This document shows, one piece after another, positions 60,801 to 64,000 of a stretch of 64,000 nucleotides of DNA. The translations under genes were made by a program, and so were the position numbers. A model generated the notes under the pieces. That model did not search any database, was not told where the DNA came from, and saw nothing but the letters and a program-made list of their open reading frames with translations. Position 1 is the first letter of the stretch, and each line of letters begins with the position of its first letter. Origin of the DNA: Amoebophrya sp. A120 (lineage: Eukaryota > Protista > Dinoflagellata); contig CAJINV010000004.1 of the NCBI GenBank assembly GCA_905178155.1, positions 9,873,570 to 9,937,569 of the forward strand, given 5' to 3'.

Positions 60801-63458
60801 AGCGATGGTGGCGAGAGGACGGGGGTAACAGAGCGTGTGCAGCTGCAGCAAAGCTGAAAATAGAATCCAAGCCATCGAAGATAGTAACCAGTCGCAAGAA
60901 CTACAACAAGATATCATCTGCCTCACCTTCCGAGTTTTTTGCTGCTCTGACCCACGATACCTTCCTCCACCCTGTAATGATCGCAATTCTGTGCGGCCAC
61001 GCGGACTTGGTTTGTGCGTTCCTGTGGGATCACTGCGGCGCGGAGGAGGTGGAGATGGTGTCCAGACTCCGAGACAAACATGGGAACTCCGTCCTGCACT
61101 ACGGAGCTTTCGACCATGTGTTCTGCAGTACACAGGGTAACTGCCAGCTGCAGGAAAAGCAGCCGTTTTCCGCCTCCACATCTTTTTCTTTGCTCCAGAG
61201 CACGACATCAAACCATTCCGATGGTGCTCCCGGTACAACTACTAGTTTCTTGCTACGATTCCTCGAAAACATGTTTCCCGAACTGGTCGATATTCCAAAT
61301 CACGACGGCGTGAGGGTTTGTTCTTCTTCGACTCGAAAAACAAGAAGCGGCTCTTCGGCTTCAAAAAGCAGATCCCAGAAAGACAAAAGGTCGAATAGAT
61401 CCGCCCATGCCGAACAAATGGAAACTGAAGAAACATCAAGCGGCGCCAGCGCCACACAAGCGGCACTTAGAACCACCAGAATCCTTCAGCTTGGGACCGC
61501 CGCGTTTCAGAATGCGCTGCGGCGAGAGCAGCAAGGACAGGCTGAGGGTACTAGCGGCGAGAAAAACCAACAAGAACAGCAGCTGTCGAAAACAATTACA
61601 AGTAAAACCTCTTCCGCGATAGAGTCTCTTTCCCTTCTAACGGACCTTACCTCCACCGCAGCAGCGACCGCTTTTGACTACGTCACGAGCCGCTTGGAGG
61701 CCAGCATGGGGGACACGCCAGCGGAAAGCACTACAGCTCCGGCGATGAATTCTAGTACAGGCTCAGGTTCCTCTTTTGATGGTTCTGGTTCTGCAATTCA
61801 TCGGCCGACGAACGTCGTGCAACTGTCAAGCACATCAGCGGGCGAAAAGAGCATCTGCGAGGGCCCGGTCTTCAATACAACCATGGACCACACTTACCTG
61901 GATGCGCTCGCGGTGAAGCAAAATTCCGCTCTCCACGCCGTCCTGCAATTGAGCGTCGAGGAATCGGAAAACACGATTTTTTCATCTCGCGCCACGCTGC
62001 ACACCTTCTCAACAGCACTTGAGCGCCCAGCCGCACAAGAAGATCAACGGTTCGTCTGGGTCGTTCTCACCTGCGAGCGCCTGCTGATTTTGGTGAAGGA
62101 AAAGTTTGGAAGTACGAGTTGCACAGACCTGCAGACTTCCAGAAGTTCTTTTCCTCCTGAACATCAACTTCGCGAGGACGAAGAGAATTATCCGCATGAA
62201 TCACCAAGCCAATTCGAGTTACAGCACGCGCTCATCTACGCAGAGTTTTCGATCGGGCAAGATATCTGAAGAGAAATCACCCCCATATTCTTTCCAAAAA
62301 TTTGTTCTGATGCGCCTATGCGTAAAGGGCCGCAGCGGCAGCAGGCAACGTTTTGTTTTTCTTGCATATCACGTTTACTACAAATTGAGGGGGATGGAGA
62401 TGATTTCCTCTAGGATAAAGCAGTTGCAAAGTCTCTTCGTCTTCGAGGATGCCCCGTCTGCGGTTTTAGTGCGCGGGTACCCACGGACGAACAGGCGAAG
62501 AAATAGTACCAACAGCTCAGATATGAACTGCAAATGTATCGTAATCGTACTCAAATGTGTTTTACAACACAGATGACAGATGAAACAGATGACACAGATG
62601 ATACAGATGACCAACTTTGCGAATTTTGTTGAGGGGCTTTTTTTGGTCATCTGTGTTCACAGATGACGAGCATTCGAACAGCGACAACCGGAGCCCCAAA
62701 ATCAAAAACAAAACAAAAAAGAGAGCCGGCTCTGCATTGCCGCCGAGAAAGTGCGCGCGCTTTCACGGGGGGAGCAGATTGAGCAGCAGCACCGCCATAG
62801 GCCCCACCCTGTGGGCCGATGCGCCAGCATCCCCAATGGCAAAGGTACGAGCACGATGGTGCTGCGCAGGTACGCCGATAGCTAGGCGGTGCCGTGCGCT
62901 ACACCTGCACGCTTCGAAGAGATTCTGGCGAGGAATAGGGTAGACCGACGGCGTTCCGCCTCATTCCAAGTCCCTGGCTCCGCCCAAGAAATGGCGAATG
63001 AAGTGTGGGCCGTCATCTGTCATCTGTGCCTTTTTTTTTCCTTCCCGTCGAAATTTCGTCATCTGTGTCATCTGTTCATCTGTACCTTCGTCATCTGTGC
63101 CAGCCCCCCCTTATACAACAGCCTATATGCAATACAAATTAGCTCAGCACTACAAACTCAAAGCTGTAATGCTGATTTACCTTAACAACTAGATTTGTAA
63201 TGCCTAACTGCAATTAGTACGAGTGCGATACTTTTGCACTGCATTATACCAGATCAAGGGCTCCACCACACTGTCGACGGTGACCTGCTACTCGACCTCG
63301 AGAACTACTACGCTCCTTTTGCCGGCGTATCGCCGTCAGTGCGCGAAGACCAACCCACACCGGACATCGCAGTAAATCTGAGTGCACAAAATGGCTCGCG
63401 CAAGGGCCGCGCCGGGGGACCAGCAGATCCATATGGGCTCAGAGAAATTCATGTCTAG
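54861..63458 (+). CDS. Very large coiled-coil protein with ankyrin-like repeats and a possible C-terminal PH-like region; 8 exons
   Basis: Exons 54861-55656,55839-55879,56133-56189,56355-57302,57490-59503,59745-62262,62423-62521,63254-63458 join in frame. E/K/Q-rich coiled coil; ankyrin-like PVMIAILCGHADLV and RDKHGNSVLHY. Six introners and one GT-AG intron (56190-56354). Confidence 0.75.
55657..55833. mobile_element. B-like introner (177 nt)
   Basis: tatctactgtgcaaaagtctcgcactcgtact / agtgcgatcgcgatgcttttgtaattcata; flanks gcacg/gaacg. Confidence 0.82.
55880..56127. mobile_element. Degenerate family A introner (248 nt)
   Basis: Right TIR ccagacccagacatttttgaaatgtata, left TIR eroded; flanks ttgcc/tcgcc. 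Confidence 0.8.
57303..57484. mobile_element. B-like introner (182 nt)
   Basis: tatgaagttgcaaaag / cttttgcacaggata; flanks tgcag/cgcag. Confidence 0.82.
59504..59739. mobile_element. Introner family I (236 nt), opposite orientation to 27015
   Basis: Same TIRs and length as 27015-27250, with the interior reverse-complemented; flanks agcag/agtag. Confidence 0.92.
62263..62417. mobile_element. Degenerate introner family M (155 nt)
   Basis: tatctgaagagaaatcacccccat / atggagatgatttcctctaggata; flanks caaga/aagca are eroded, but element+5 nt still restores the frame. Confidence 0.7.
62522..63248. mobile_element. B-like introner expanded to 727 nt by a nested insertion
   Basis: tatgaactgcaaatgtatcgtaatcgtact / agtacgagtgcgatacttttgcactgcattata; flanks tcaga/ccaga. 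Confidence 0.82.
62570..63113. mobile_element. Nested foldback-like element with inverted CAGATGA arrays
   Basis: Tandem cagatga(c) on the left and (g)tcatctg on the right; tacaaca on both sides. Confidence 0.7.
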
Positions 63459-64000
63459 TACCATGTTCGAAAATTTAAATTTCGCAGTTTTCGAATAGCG
63501 CCAATGGCAAAACATTGCGCGCCTCCTTTGCTTGTGCAAGTTGCCCAGCCACGGAGCTGCTGCCAGAGTCGAACCGCTACAGTTCTGCAAGAAGTAGCGA
63601 CGGCAGCGCCGGCGCCGCGCTTTTTATTTCGCACGTTAAGCGCTTCGGCCCTCTGGGTTATGACCTCACTCCTGGCATCCTGCTCTGTTGTGGTCGTCGC
63701 CCGGGCACAGGCCTGCCGCCCACGTTGGGGCCTTTGCCCGAAGAAAAAACTGGAGCAGTTGCACTGGTCGCCGGCTTGTGTTTCTCGGTCTTAGGTGTTT
63801 CGGCTCAGTTTGGTGGCTCTGCGTGTTTTCGGTTTTCGGCGGTTTTGTCGGCCATCGGGGGCCGCGATTTGGGGGCAGGGCATAGGGGTTCTGGCCGCCG
63901 GGAGCGTCTGTAGTTCGCCCCTCTGAGTGGCAGAGCGACACCTCTACAGACGGCAAGCATTCACGATCGGCACTGGCACTATGAAGATTGTGGCTAAGAA

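Noticed and set aside
1-64000. Autonomous transposase, spliced-leader relic, tRNA or rRNA genes
   Set aside because: No DDE or HUH ORF, no CCGTAGCCATTTTGGCTCAAG match and no RNA gene was recognised by eye. Absence is not proven without a computational search.

Overview
Eukaryotic, gene-dense window with about 14 protein-coding genes, all on the + strand. The architecture fits a syndinian dinoflagellate of the Amoebophrya type, which is an inference from genome structure only. Recognisable products are an ABCB-type half transporter carrying a Cys/His zinc-finger insert, a UPF0489/C5orf22-like protein, LTV1, an EF-hand/RCC1-repeat protein, RPS13 and a large coiled-coil/ankyrin-like protein. The dominant feature is a set of 36 MITE-like non-canonical introns (introners) from about 12 terminal-repeat families. 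All 36 lie inside coding sequence and follow one rule: 5-nt direct repeat, TA(T)...terminal inverted repeat...(A)TA, then the 5-nt direct repeat again. Removing the element plus exactly 5 nt restores the reading frame in every case. Only 3 can be read as GT-AG, copies occur in both orientations, and families with unrelated ends share the internal motif GCAT(G/T/C)ACAA. Two introners carry nested secondary insertions. Eight ordinary GT-AG introns coexist with them. All gene models were assembled by hand without transcript data.
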